Virus record (IMG/VR): IMGVR_UViG_3300009104_001476 | Length of the DNA stretch: 64,000 nucleotides | Reading direction: 5' to 3' (one strand) | Source of the DNA: a virus | Part shown: piece after piece, positions 47,691 through 56,283 of the stretch | Layout of the letters: each line of letters starts with the position of its first letter | How positions within the stretch are numbered: position 1 is the first letter of the stretch | Made by a program: the position numbers and the translations under genes | The notes under the pieces: generated by a model | What the model saw: only the letters and a program-made list of their open reading frames with translations | What the model was told of the DNA's origin: nothing | The model's database searches: none

Positions 47691-48098
47691 ATGAAAACGG
47701 GTTTCGTAGCTAGTTGTTTTGATATGCTTCATGCGGGACATTGTCTTATGTTAAAAGACGCGTCTTTTCAATGTGATCATTTAGTAGCAGCACTTCAGAC
47801 AGATCCGACAATAGATCGTCCGGAAAAAAATAGGCCAATACAGTCTTTCCCAGAAAGAATGCTTCAGCTTGAAGCCGTCCGTTATATTGATGAAATTGTT
47901 GTTTACAATACTGAAGAAGAATTAGTTGAGTGGCTAAAAGTGATTAAGCCAGATGTCCGTATTCTGGGTAGTGACTACAAAGATAAGTTTTATTATACGG
48001 GCAAAGATTTAGAAGAGCACTTAGGTATAGAGATATATTTTCATGATAGAAATTATCATTGGTCTACCAGCGAGTTAAGGGAAAGGGTATTAAAGTGA
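47691..48098 (+). CDS. Glycerol-3-phosphate cytidylyltransferase-like (TagD family)
   Basis: [29 protein letters not shown]. Confidence 0.88.
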   Translation: MKTGFVASCFDMLHAGHCLMLKDASFQCDHLVAALQTDPTIDRPEKNRPIQSFPERMLQLEAVRYIDEIVVYNTEEELVEWLKVIKPDVRILGSDYKDKFYYTGKDLEEHLGIEIYFHDRNYHWSTSELRERVLK

Positions 48099-49255
48099 GA
48101 ATTGAGCCTGAAATGAAGTTAGATTATAAGGACGTTCTTTTGCGTCCTAAGCGTTCAGAGTTAACGTCTCGTAAGGACGTTAATTTGATGCGTGAGTTTA
48201 CCTTTAAGAACGCTGGAGGGGAAGGGTCAGACCCTAAAGCGTATAGCTGGAAGGGCATCCCTATTGTGGCGGCAAATATGGATACCGTGGGGACTTTTGA
48301 AACGGCCAAGGCTCTTGCCCAACATCATATGTTGACTTGTATCAGTAAGCATAGTGATGTAGATAGGTGGATTCATAAGCTGTGTGGCTATGGGGTTTAC
48401 AAAACCAAAGAGCAAAAGAAAGCTAATGAAGGAAGCTGGAAATATGAACGAGGAGCAAAGGATTGGCAAAGCAGAATTTATGACCATATTTGTCCTTCTA
48501 TCGGTATTAAATATGATCCAAATAAAATGGATGATATAGATTATTTAAACAGTATTCAGTGGAACTTTTATCATAATAGGTTCGTATGTATTGATGCAGC
48601 GAATGGATATACATCAAGGTTTTGTGATTTTATTAAACGAGTCAGAGAAGAACACCCCGCTCTTATTATCATAGCGGGAAATGTTGTCACTGGCGAAATG
48701 ACAGAGGAGATATTATTAAGTGGAGCAGATATTGTTAAAGTGGGTATTGGCGGCGGGTCTGTTTGCACTACTCGTATACAAACTGGTGTGGGTTATCCTC
48801 AACTCAGCGCAGTCATTGAATGCGCGGATGCTGCTCATGGGATTGGTGGGCATATTATGGCTGACGGTGGGTGTGTATCTGCTGGCGACGTGGCCAAAGC
48901 CTTTTGTGCTGGTGCTGATTTTGTTATGCTGGGCGGGATGTTGGCGGGTCATACTGAATCAGAAGGGCAAGAGGAAGAAGTAGACGGAGAGAAATATAAA
49001 ACATTTTATGGAATGAGTTCCGACACGGCCATGAACAAATATCATGGCGGAGTTGCGAACTATCGCTCCTCAGAAGGAAAAACAATAAGGATAAAACATC
49101 GTGGACTTATTAAGCATACTGTGGAACATATTCTTGGTGGCTTGCGTAGTGCTTGTACTTATATTGGTGCTAAGGAGTTAAAAGATATGCCTAAGTGCGC
49201 TACCTTTATAAGAGTTAGTCAGCAATCAAACGAAGTGTTTGGAAAAAATATTTAA
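48095..49255 (+). CDS. guaC: GMP reductase (GTG start inferred)
   Basis: [53 protein letters not shown]. Confidence 0.92.
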   Translation: MRIEPEMKLDYKDVLLRPKRSELTSRKDVNLMREFTFKNAGGEGSDPKAYSWKGIPIVAANMDTVGTFETAKALAQHHMLTCISKHSDVDRWIHKLCGYGVYKTKEQKKANEGSWKYERGAKDWQSRIYDHICPSIGIKYDPNKMDDIDYLNSIQWNFYHNRFVCIDAANGYTSRFCDFIKRVREEHPALIIIAGNVVTGEMTEEILLSGADIVKVGIGGGSVCTTRIQTGVGYPQLSAVIECADAAHGIGGHIMADGGCVSAGDVAKAFCAGADFVMLGGMLAGHTESEGQEEEVDGEKYKTFYGMSSDTAMNKYHGGVANYRSSEGKTIRIKHRGLIKHTVEHILGGLRSACTYIGAKELKDMPKCATFIRVSQQSNEVFGKNI

Positions 49256-49873
49256 ATGGGCGGTTATACTAATCATAAATATTACAATAGCAATATAAGA
49301 GGTTCCGCTTGGAATAGGAGTATTTCTAAGGGTTCTAGATCTAACGGTTTTCTACCTAAAGATCAATACATTGCGAATTTAAAAGCGGGTAATAAATGGG
49401 ATAATTACGCTTCTTATTACAAGAGCCCAGAGTGGAAAAGTAAAAGACTCAAGATAATAGAAAAAAATAACAATACTTGCGAAAGATGCTATAGGGTTTT
49501 CCCTTCGGAAGAGTTAGACGTACACCATCAACGATATAGTGTGCGTGTTGGTGAAGATGATGAGGCGGATTTAGAATGTTTATGTAGTAATTGTCATATG
49601 CTACACAATGAAGTATGTGATATAGCAGGTGTCTATAAAGGAGGTGAAGCTCTTTTCATAAAACCTGATATGAAAGGGAGAATTGCGAGAGCTATGTATC
49701 AATATGCGCCTTGGATGTTTGAAGATGTTGATTTCGATCCCGATTGGGACTATTTAGATGATTTAGATTATGATATAGTACTTAAAAAAATGAAGACTTT
49801 CCTTGGGAAATGGATGATGAACGTACCACAAGAAGACAATGTTCCCGATAAGGATTATTTAGATGATTTCTAA
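49256..49873 (+). CDS. HNH endonuclease-like protein
   Basis: CERC, LDVHH, LCSNCH. Confidence 0.75.
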   Translation: MGGYTNHKYYNSNIRGSAWNRSISKGSRSNGFLPKDQYIANLKAGNKWDNYASYYKSPEWKSKRLKIIEKNNNTCERCYRVFPSEELDVHHQRYSVRVGEDDEADLECLCSNCHMLHNEVCDIAGVYKGGEALFIKPDMKGRIARAMYQYAPWMFEDVDFDPDWDYLDDLDYDIVLKKMKTFLGKWMMNVPQEDNVPDKDYLDDF

Positions 49874-49918
49874 TAAAATAAATTATATTTAATTTTTAAT
49901 AAAACTATAATAAATAGT

Positions 49919-50410
49919 ATGAATACTTTCACTAAATGGTTCTTATTAAATGCTGTTATGTTGACAGCCATTTTTTTTGCACAGCAAAGAGACTTAATCT
50001 CAACAATGATAGAGGGGGATTTATCCCATATTTCAGTGCTTATAATGATTTTATACATACTGATGTCCGCTTTCGTGGGTAGGCTTTGCTATTTATCTGA
50101 TAAAATAAGTAAAGATAGTAAGATTAAAAGAGTTAAAGAGAAAGACTACTTAACTAAACGAGCAGATGTAGGTTGGTTTGCGGCAGAGCATTTCTTCTCT
50201 TTGGGCCTTTTGGGGACTATTATTGGGCTTATATTAGCTACACAGGGGAGTCTTGATAGCTCCACACCCACAAGTGAAATAGTGGCGGGGTTGAAGAAGG
50301 GTCTGAACACGGCGTTTTATACGACAGTGTGCGGTATAGTTTTCAGTTTACCTCTTCAGGTTCAGCTTATGATATTAAAGTTTAAGTTGGAGAAAAAAGA
50401 AGATGCGTAG
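49919..50410 (+). CDS. MotA/TolQ/ExbB proton-channel family protein
   Basis: Four hydrophobic segments; GLLGTIIGL; AFYTTVCG. Confidence 0.85.
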   Translation: MNTFTKWFLLNAVMLTAIFFAQQRDLISTMIEGDLSHISVLIMILYILMSAFVGRLCYLSDKISKDSKIKRVKEKDYLTKRADVGWFAAEHFFSLGLLGTIIGLILATQGSLDSSTPTSEIVAGLKKGLNTAFYTTVCGIVFSLPLQVQLMILKFKLEKKEDA

Positions 50411-50993
50411 ATTTTTTTCATTTCGGCCATTTATTGACGTTTTATTTTGCTGCTTACTCATGTTAGTAGCGATACTTTTCTTATTGAAAACCGAAGAGGA
50501 GAAAACTAAAATGCGCCCACCAAATGTCATCTATGAAGTTGTTTTAACTTGGGATGGTAAAAGCGGTGACGATTTAGACCTATACGTTCAGGCGGCTTCA
50601 GGACACGTCGTAAGCTTCAATAATAGAGAAGGGGGTAGCGGCAGTTTAATTAGCTTAGATCATGATGCTCTTGGCTTAAGGAACAATAGTCTCGGAGAAG
50701 GACAAGAGGGGCAGATTACGCCCTTTCATGAAGAAGTGGTATCTTTCAGGGGAGTTCTTGAGGGAGAGAACGTAGTGACTATTCATGTCTACGCAAAAAG
50801 GGACGACGAACCAATAAAAGCTACTATTAAATTAATTAGGGTTAAGCCTTTTAAAGAAGTCGTTACGAAAGAAATAGTATTTGAATCCGTAGGGCAAGAA
50901 AAAACCGCCTTTAGATTTAAGACAAGTAAGACCGCAGAGGTCATAGACATTAACGAGTTACCTGCTAAATTGGTTAGGTCTTTAGGACAATGA
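50403..50993 (+). CDS. ExbD/TolR-like TM helix fused to a YfaP/DUF2135-like domain
   Basis: PFIDV (conserved Asp) then TM; LTWD..DDLDLYV, LDHD. Confidence 0.7.
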   Translation: MRRFFSFRPFIDVLFCCLLMLVAILFLLKTEEEKTKMRPPNVIYEVVLTWDGKSGDDLDLYVQAASGHVVSFNNREGGSGSLISLDHDALGLRNNSLGEGQEGQITPFHEEVVSFRGVLEGENVVTIHVYAKRDDEPIKATIKLIRVKPFKEVVTKEIVFESVGQEKTAFRFKTSKTAEVIDINELPAKLVRSLGQ

Positions 50994-51112
50994 AAAAACT
51001 AGAAAAAACCAAGGATTTGTTTTTATTAGCTTTTTGGGGCACCGCTTATCTCTTAAAAGCTATAGTTGAGATTCCTTACTTGTGGATCAAATCGTTATTT
51101 GATAAAAAATGA
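50990..51112 (+). CDS. Small hydrophobic peptide (40 aa, not in track)
   Basis: Overlap-coupled at both ends. Confidence 0.45.
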   Translation: MKKLEKTKDLFLLAFWGTAYLLKAIVEIPYLWIKSLFDKK

Positions 51113-51645
51113 TTTATTTATTATATGGTCAACCAGCGTCAGGCAAGACGACCCTAGGAGGTCTACTTGCTAAACAATTAGACACGCCATTCATCATAGA
51201 TGGAGATGAGTTTAGGGAAATGTTTACTAATAAAAATTATGGGCGTGAAGGGCGTGAGGAGAACATTAGAAACGCAAACGCCGTAGCAACCTATTTGAAC
51301 AAAAAGGGCAAAAATGGGAATTGGAAGGCTGTTTATACGAACAATGGAGAAAATAGCTGGGAAAGCCATCCTATCAATAAAGAAACTCACGTGGTTATGT
51401 CTTTAGTAAACCCCTACAAACACTTGAGAGATGAATTGACTCAAAATAATATGCGGGAGTTCCCCCCTCAAGAGGATGGTTGGGTTCGGAATGAGGTGGT
51501 GGAGATATTATTGCGGTCAGGCAGAGACTTAAGGAAAGAGTACCATGTAGAAGATTTTGAAGAGGGTAATCCAAATTATATTATAAACACAGATCAAGAA
51601 GTAGGAGAGAGTTGGGATTACTTGAAGACTTTATTAGATTTATGA
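51109..51645 (+). CDS. Adenylylsulfate kinase (CysC)-like P-loop kinase
   Basis: GQPASGKTT, IDGDEFRE, R.ENIR, VMSLVNPY. Confidence 0.72.
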   Translation: MIYLLYGQPASGKTTLGGLLAKQLDTPFIIDGDEFREMFTNKNYGREGREENIRNANAVATYLNKKGKNGNWKAVYTNNGENSWESHPINKETHVVMSLVNPYKHLRDELTQNNMREFPPQEDGWVRNEVVEILLRSGRDLRKEYHVEDFEEGNPNYIINTDQEVGESWDYLKTLLDL

Positions 51646-51890
51646 GATTACTATTATTACTATTATTAGTCTTGTCTATAGGCTGCAAGACCTATTACGC
51701 TCCGAGCGGTAAAGCTTTTCCTTGGGGTTGGGGTCAACCTCCACAAATACAGACAAAAGATTATGTTCCTCTTCCAGATGGGTACGGACACGGGAGCAGC
51801 ACGCTAAAAAGTTGGATAAAGCTAAATAAACAGAAAGTCCAAGTACAAAAGGCCCTTAATGAAATGAATGAACATGGGAGGAGTTATTGA
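51642..51890 (+). CDS. Small lipoprotein
   Basis: MRLLLLLLLVLSIG-C lipobox. Confidence 0.65.
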   Translation: MRLLLLLLLVLSIGCKTYYAPSGKAFPWGWGQPPQIQTKDYVPLPDGYGHGSSTLKSWIKLNKQKVQVQKALNEMNEHGRSY

Positions 51891-51973
51891 ATGATACCAC
51901 TCATAGCAGTAGGAGTAGCGATAGGAATAACGATATTAATATGTATCTGGTTAACTAAGTTCATAGAGCTAAA

Positions 51974-52540
51974 ATGAAAATTAACACAATAAAAAATGAC
52001 GTTCTTGATAACAAGGACATGGCCTTTGTAGATAAGATCTTAAACGAAGAGTATAAGCAATATTATCTAGATTTATCAGGAAGGGAGCATTATAGATTGT
52101 TGTCATATTTATCCGAACAAATTTCAGACGCACAAATATTGGACATAGGTACGCTCAAAGGATGCAGCGCGCTGGCATTTGCTAGCAATTCCACAAATAA
52201 AGTATTTTCATTTAATATAGCTCACCAATTACAACTAAAAGACCCTCCATCGAATATAAAATTTATTATTGATGATGTCACACATCCACAATATGTGCCT
52301 TTAATACAAGAATCCAAAATAATAATGCTAGATACAATGCATGACGGTTCATTTGAAGTTCAATTTTTACAGCATTTACTAGATATCGGTTTTAGAGGCG
52401 AACTAATACTTGATGATATATATCTCAATCCTGCTATGGAAAATTTTTGGGCTGGTATTCAATTACCCAAAATAGATATTACACATATTGGCCATTCTAC
52501 AGGCACAGGAGTAGTATTTTTTAATAATAATGAAGAATAA
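51974..52540 (+). CDS. Class I methyltransferase-like protein (paralog of the N-terminal domain of 30209..31525)
   Basis: ILDIGTLKGCSAL, HDG, LILDDI, GHSTGTG. Confidence 0.7.
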   Translation: MKINTIKNDVLDNKDMAFVDKILNEEYKQYYLDLSGREHYRLLSYLSEQISDAQILDIGTLKGCSALAFASNSTNKVFSFNIAHQLQLKDPPSNIKFIIDDVTHPQYVPLIQESKIIMLDTMHDGSFEVQFLQHLLDIGFRGELILDDIYLNPAMENFWAGIQLPKIDITHIGHSTGTGVVFFNNNEE

Positions 52541-52721
52541 AAAATGATTAATGAAAGTGACATTTTTGGCGGTAAGACATGGACGAAGGAGCAGCAGTTT
52601 GAGCATGAGATGGAAAGCATGAAGTACCAAATGAAATATACGATACAAAGCTACAGGAGGCTAAAGAAGGGTGAATGGAGGAAGATACAAGAGTTTATTG
52701 ATGGAATAGAAAGATGATAAA

Positions 52722-53006
52722 ATGCCAGACCAAGAAAAATTCATAAAATGCAGTTGTCACGGCGAGGGTATGCTACTTACCAAGTTTGACGACGAAGAAG
52801 AAATCTACGTTAGTTTTTGGCGAGAGGGCATAAATCCTGTTAAGCTAAGTTGGTGGATGAGGTTAAAGTTATGTTGGATGGCACTAACAAAAGGCAGCTA
52901 TTACGATGATCAGGTTATTCTAAATAGACAAAAATCTGTGGAACTTGCGTGTTGGTTAATTTTAGAATCTGGAGTATTAGACAAAAAAGATGAGAATAAC
53001 AATTGA
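52722..53006 (+). CDS. Hypothetical protein (C.CH.E motif)
   Basis: ORF track. Confidence 0.6.
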   Translation: MPDQEKFIKCSCHGEGMLLTKFDDEEEIYVSFWREGINPVKLSWWMRLKLCWMALTKGSYYDDQVILNRQKSVELACWLILESGVLDKKDENNN

Positions 53007-53211
53007 ACCATCAAAAGACCAAAGAGGTGAAACGTATCCGTACTCTAAAGTTTCAGTAGAGTACCCACACGATGATGTTGATATTAAAACCATGATGGGC
53101 GAAGTAGTTAAGGCTGTCCAAGCGTGGGGTTTTGATAATACAAATATTGCAGAATACTTAGACGAAGAATTTGCCAAACAAAGGGGATTAATTAGAAATG
53201 AAAAACTTTGA
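52990..53211 (+). CDS. Hypothetical protein
   Basis: ORF track. Confidence 0.55.
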   Translation: MRITIEPSKDQRGETYPYSKVSVEYPHDDVDIKTMMGEVVKAVQAWGFDNTNIAEYLDEEFAKQRGLIRNEKL

Positions 53212-53357
53212 AAAATGGTGGGAAGAAAGCGATGGTCGCCAGTGTGCAGCAGATTTTTCGTTAAAGACTTTAGCGGTATTAGATTTAACAAAAAAACTCT
53301 GTCAACGAGCCTTTGAAGCGGGGCAAAAGTACGAAGCGCAAAGAGTGACGAGAGAAA

Positions 53358-53909
53358 ATGAAGACTGAAAGAAAAATAGTATCAAAAAAAGTCGTACCTA
53401 GAATGCTTGGCGACATTACGGGTAAGATACCATTTTTCAAGAAATGGTTTTACTATAAGCCGAGTTGGTGGTGGATGGATTTTTCCTATTGGGTTAGGCG
53501 TAAATGGCAAAGGTTGACTACGGGATTCGAGCATCGTGAATCTTATGACTATTTTCACTGGAATGCAAAAATGGCTGTTCCGAGGCTAAAAATGTTGAGA
53601 GATAACTTAAATGGCTGTCCATCAGAATTTGCGCCAGAAGGTAAGGATGTAGAAGAGGGTGCCAAAGAGTGGAAAAAAATATTAAATAAAATAATTTGGT
53701 CTTTTGAAAATTTAGATAACGAGCCATCCCCCAAGAAGCCAGACGATTATGACCCTCGACACACTAGAATTGAGTATGATGATGGCTCTGTAGCCTATGA
53801 ACCTTTCGATGGCAGAAAATGGGATTGGTCAGAAGCGGAAGAACACGCTAAAAAAGTACAAGAGGGATTAGATTTGTACGGTAAGTATTATTTGAATTTG
53901 TGGGATTGA
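53358..53909 (+). CDS. Conserved phage-type hypothetical protein
   Basis: W..IL.KIIWSFE; QEGLDLYGKYY..LWD. Confidence 0.65.
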   Translation: MKTERKIVSKKVVPRMLGDITGKIPFFKKWFYYKPSWWWMDFSYWVRRKWQRLTTGFEHRESYDYFHWNAKMAVPRLKMLRDNLNGCPSEFAPEGKDVEEGAKEWKKILNKIIWSFENLDNEPSPKKPDDYDPRHTRIEYDDGSVAYEPFDGRKWDWSEAEEHAKKVQEGLDLYGKYYLNLWD

Positions 53910-53912
53910 TTT

Positions 53913-54206
53913 ATGAAAACAGATAAAAAATACAAAGGAATACCCCTTAACGACGACACCCTTGAAGAAGTCATGACTAGTGATTTTCCGAGAGTTTATA
54001 TACATGACGTGAAAGATAACCCAGACGACACCTGCTCTATGGAAATTTCTACCAATAAAGCTTTTGACGAACTCTTTAAGAAAGAAAAAAATCGTAAGCG
54101 AGTTAGCAATAAAGGAATACGGGAGTTTTTTATAGAGCTACTCGAAAAGGGCATAGCTAAAGAAGATGGGTACGATTTAAAAAAGGCAAGTGAACTTTAC
54201 AAATAG
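53913..54206 (+). CDS. Hypothetical protein
   Basis: ORF track. Confidence 0.55.
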   Translation: MKTDKKYKGIPLNDDTLEEVMTSDFPRVYIHDVKDNPDDTCSMEISTNKAFDELFKKEKNRKRVSNKGIREFFIELLEKGIAKEDGYDLKKASELYK

Positions 54207-54221
54207 ACGGATAAATATAAA

Positions 54222-54809
54222 ATGAATATAGCATTACCAGTTTTATTATTAGTATTTGGTGGATTAAGCTTTTGGGTACTGAATGAGTCGAAGCTCAAGT
54301 GGTATTTTAAAACTATTTGCATAAGTACTTTCTGCGTTTTTACCATCGTGTTTTGGTCTTCTATTCACACTTTCTTAGGTTGGCCAGCTTTAGAGAAAGA
54401 CGTTCCCGATAAGGTTCTTCTGCATTGGGTGATAATCAAAGAGCCGAATAAAATTACAGAGTTTAAAGGCAGGATTTATTTTCTAGTAGAGTCTGGTAAA
54501 TATTCTGCGCCAGACCCGCTTGCTAAATTTTTTGGCTACAAGAAAGAGGATGTAGAGCCTCGTTTATACGGGGTGAAATATAACAGACAACTGCATGAAC
54601 GTTTAGAGAAAGGCATAATACCTAAATTAAAAAAAGGTCAGCCTGTTTTAGGAAGATTGTCTAAAGCTGAGCGAAAAGAAGGAGGGGTGGGAAAAAACGG
54701 AGAAAATAAACAAGAAAATGAAGAAGGAGATGGAAGTGAGTCTCAGGAGCAAGATTGGCAATTTCACGAGTTGAGACCTTCCGATATACAGGGAAAACCA
54801 ACAGACTAA
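54222..54809 (+). CDS. Membrane protein (two N-terminal TM helices), candidate partner of the ExbB/ExbD-like pair
   Basis: TM helices; GWP, KEP, IYFLV, PRLY..Y. Confidence 0.6.
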   Translation: MNIALPVLLLVFGGLSFWVLNESKLKWYFKTICISTFCVFTIVFWSSIHTFLGWPALEKDVPDKVLLHWVIIKEPNKITEFKGRIYFLVESGKYSAPDPLAKFFGYKKEDVEPRLYGVKYNRQLHERLEKGIIPKLKKGQPVLGRLSKAERKEGGVGKNGENKQENEEGDGSESQEQDWQFHELRPSDIQGKPTD

Positions 54810-54827
54810 GGAGTGTAAATATTAAAA

Positions 54828-55379
54828 ATGAATAGGAGAGATTTCATAAAAAAGGCGTCCGTTATGGGTGCGCTAACTACTTGGACAGTGACTTGTAAAT
54901 ACGAGGAAGAAGAGCACCACCCAAAGGGGGAAGAGGGCGAAGTTGGAGAGACTGGTTATAACTGGGATTATAGAGTTTATTGTTATGAGCGTCAGCAGGG
55001 TGAATGGATATTCAGTCAAAACACCAGAGGTAGTTTTTCTTATCAGAGAGAATATATGCTTGAGGAAGATAACCCTAGTCCTTACGCTGGTTGGATGGAC
55101 GGAGGTAAGTTACATTTTGTGACACTCGAAGAAGCTCAAGACTTTGTTGATTGTCATGTTAGAGCTAAAGATGATACCAATCTTATAGATTCTATTTATG
55201 ATATTTATTATATCAAGAGGAATCTAGATGTCGTTGATGGGGCAGATACAATCGAAGAGGTTTGGAGGGAAACAGAAATAAAAGTAGCTCATTATTGGTT
55301 TAACGGAGAGACGGGTAGACAAATACACTGGGTCGCAGAGAAGCCTTATACAGATTGGAGTAAAGTAGAAAGCTCTTAA
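54828..55379 (+). CDS. Hypothetical protein with twin-arginine (Tat) signal
   Basis: MNRRDFIKK followed by a hydrophobic stretch and Cys. Confidence 0.6.
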   Translation: MNRRDFIKKASVMGALTTWTVTCKYEEEEHHPKGEEGEVGETGYNWDYRVYCYERQQGEWIFSQNTRGSFSYQREYMLEEDNPSPYAGWMDGGKLHFVTLEEAQDFVDCHVRAKDDTNLIDSIYDIYYIKRNLDVVDGADTIEEVWRETEIKVAHYWFNGETGRQIHWVAEKPYTDWSKVESS

Positions 55380-55385
55380 TTAAAA

Positions 55386-56105
55386 ATGACTAAAGGTATT
55401 TTATATATTTGTTATGATGGAGGAGTTGAGGTAAAAGTACCTTATTTTAAAGAGGTCAAAAGAAGTATCTCTAGCTTGAGGAAGTATTGTAAATTGCCTA
55501 TTACTATTTATACAAACGGTAACGTAAAAAACGAGGATTTTAACCAAGGGCTTGAGGATGTTAACGTCTTGATAAGGAACGAAATCAAATCTAGTCTTCC
55601 TTCTGAGCCCAGATTAGACCCACAACGAAGGGGGTGGACTTTTCCTAAATTACATTGTTTTAAAAATCTACCTTACGACATGACTATCTTTGTTGATACA
55701 GATACGGTATTTTTTGATGATCCGTCTGGATTAATTTCCGAAGATTATGATTTAGCTATATGCCGAGATGTGTATTACAAGAAGCGAAGGAAGGCCGGTC
55801 AATTAACCAAACACTTTAATACCGGATTTTTTATAGCTCGAAGAGGAGAGCCTTTTAAGAAGCTCATAGACATGGCCTTAGACCTAGTTGGGAAAGAAGA
55901 GTTTTCTAAAGAAAGTAGGTATACGAGTGAAAACCATGATAATCGTGATCAGCCTCTTTTCAATTTAGCTCTAGACTTTATTCACGATATTAATATTAGA
56001 ATTTTACCTCAAAAATGGAACGTTAGAGGTCATATTTCAAGTTTTATAGACGAGCCTAAGATGATTCATGATAGGAGGCTTATCAGTTTTGGAGGGCTGT
56101 CATGA
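55386..56105 (+). CDS. GT8-like (GT-A) glycosyltransferase
   Basis: FVDTD (DxD), FNTGFF, DQPLFN, KWN. Confidence 0.75.
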   Translation: MTKGILYICYDGGVEVKVPYFKEVKRSISSLRKYCKLPITIYTNGNVKNEDFNQGLEDVNVLIRNEIKSSLPSEPRLDPQRRGWTFPKLHCFKNLPYDMTIFVDTDTVFFDDPSGLISEDYDLAICRDVYYKKRRKAGQLTKHFNTGFFIARRGEPFKKLIDMALDLVGKEEFSKESRYTSENHDNRDQPLFNLALDFIHDINIRILPQKWNVRGHISSFIDEPKMIHDRRLISFGGLS

Positions 56106-56281
56106 TAAAAGGGTGGAAAGAGGTGAGCGTGGATTGGAAAAAAAATATGCTTATCTTTATGAAAGTGATTGGTGAGGAGACGGGAGATTGGTGTCCTGAA
56201 CATTGGGAAGAATACGGTATAAGTAGGGAAGACGCCCAGATAATTTTAGACGAATATGAAAAGACGTTTCCAGAGGATTAA
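56102..56281 (+). CDS. Small hypothetical protein (59 aa, not in track)
   Basis: ATGA overlap with the upstream gene. Confidence 0.5.
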   Translation: MIKGWKEVSVDWKKNMLIFMKVIGEETGDWCPEHWEEYGISREDAQIILDEYEKTFPED

Positions 56282-56283
56282 AA

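Noticed and set aside
49919-50993. Zorya ZorAB defence system or flagellar MotAB
   Set aside because: No long ZorA tail, no OmpA-like peptidoglycan-binding domain, and no zorC/D/E or flagellar genes
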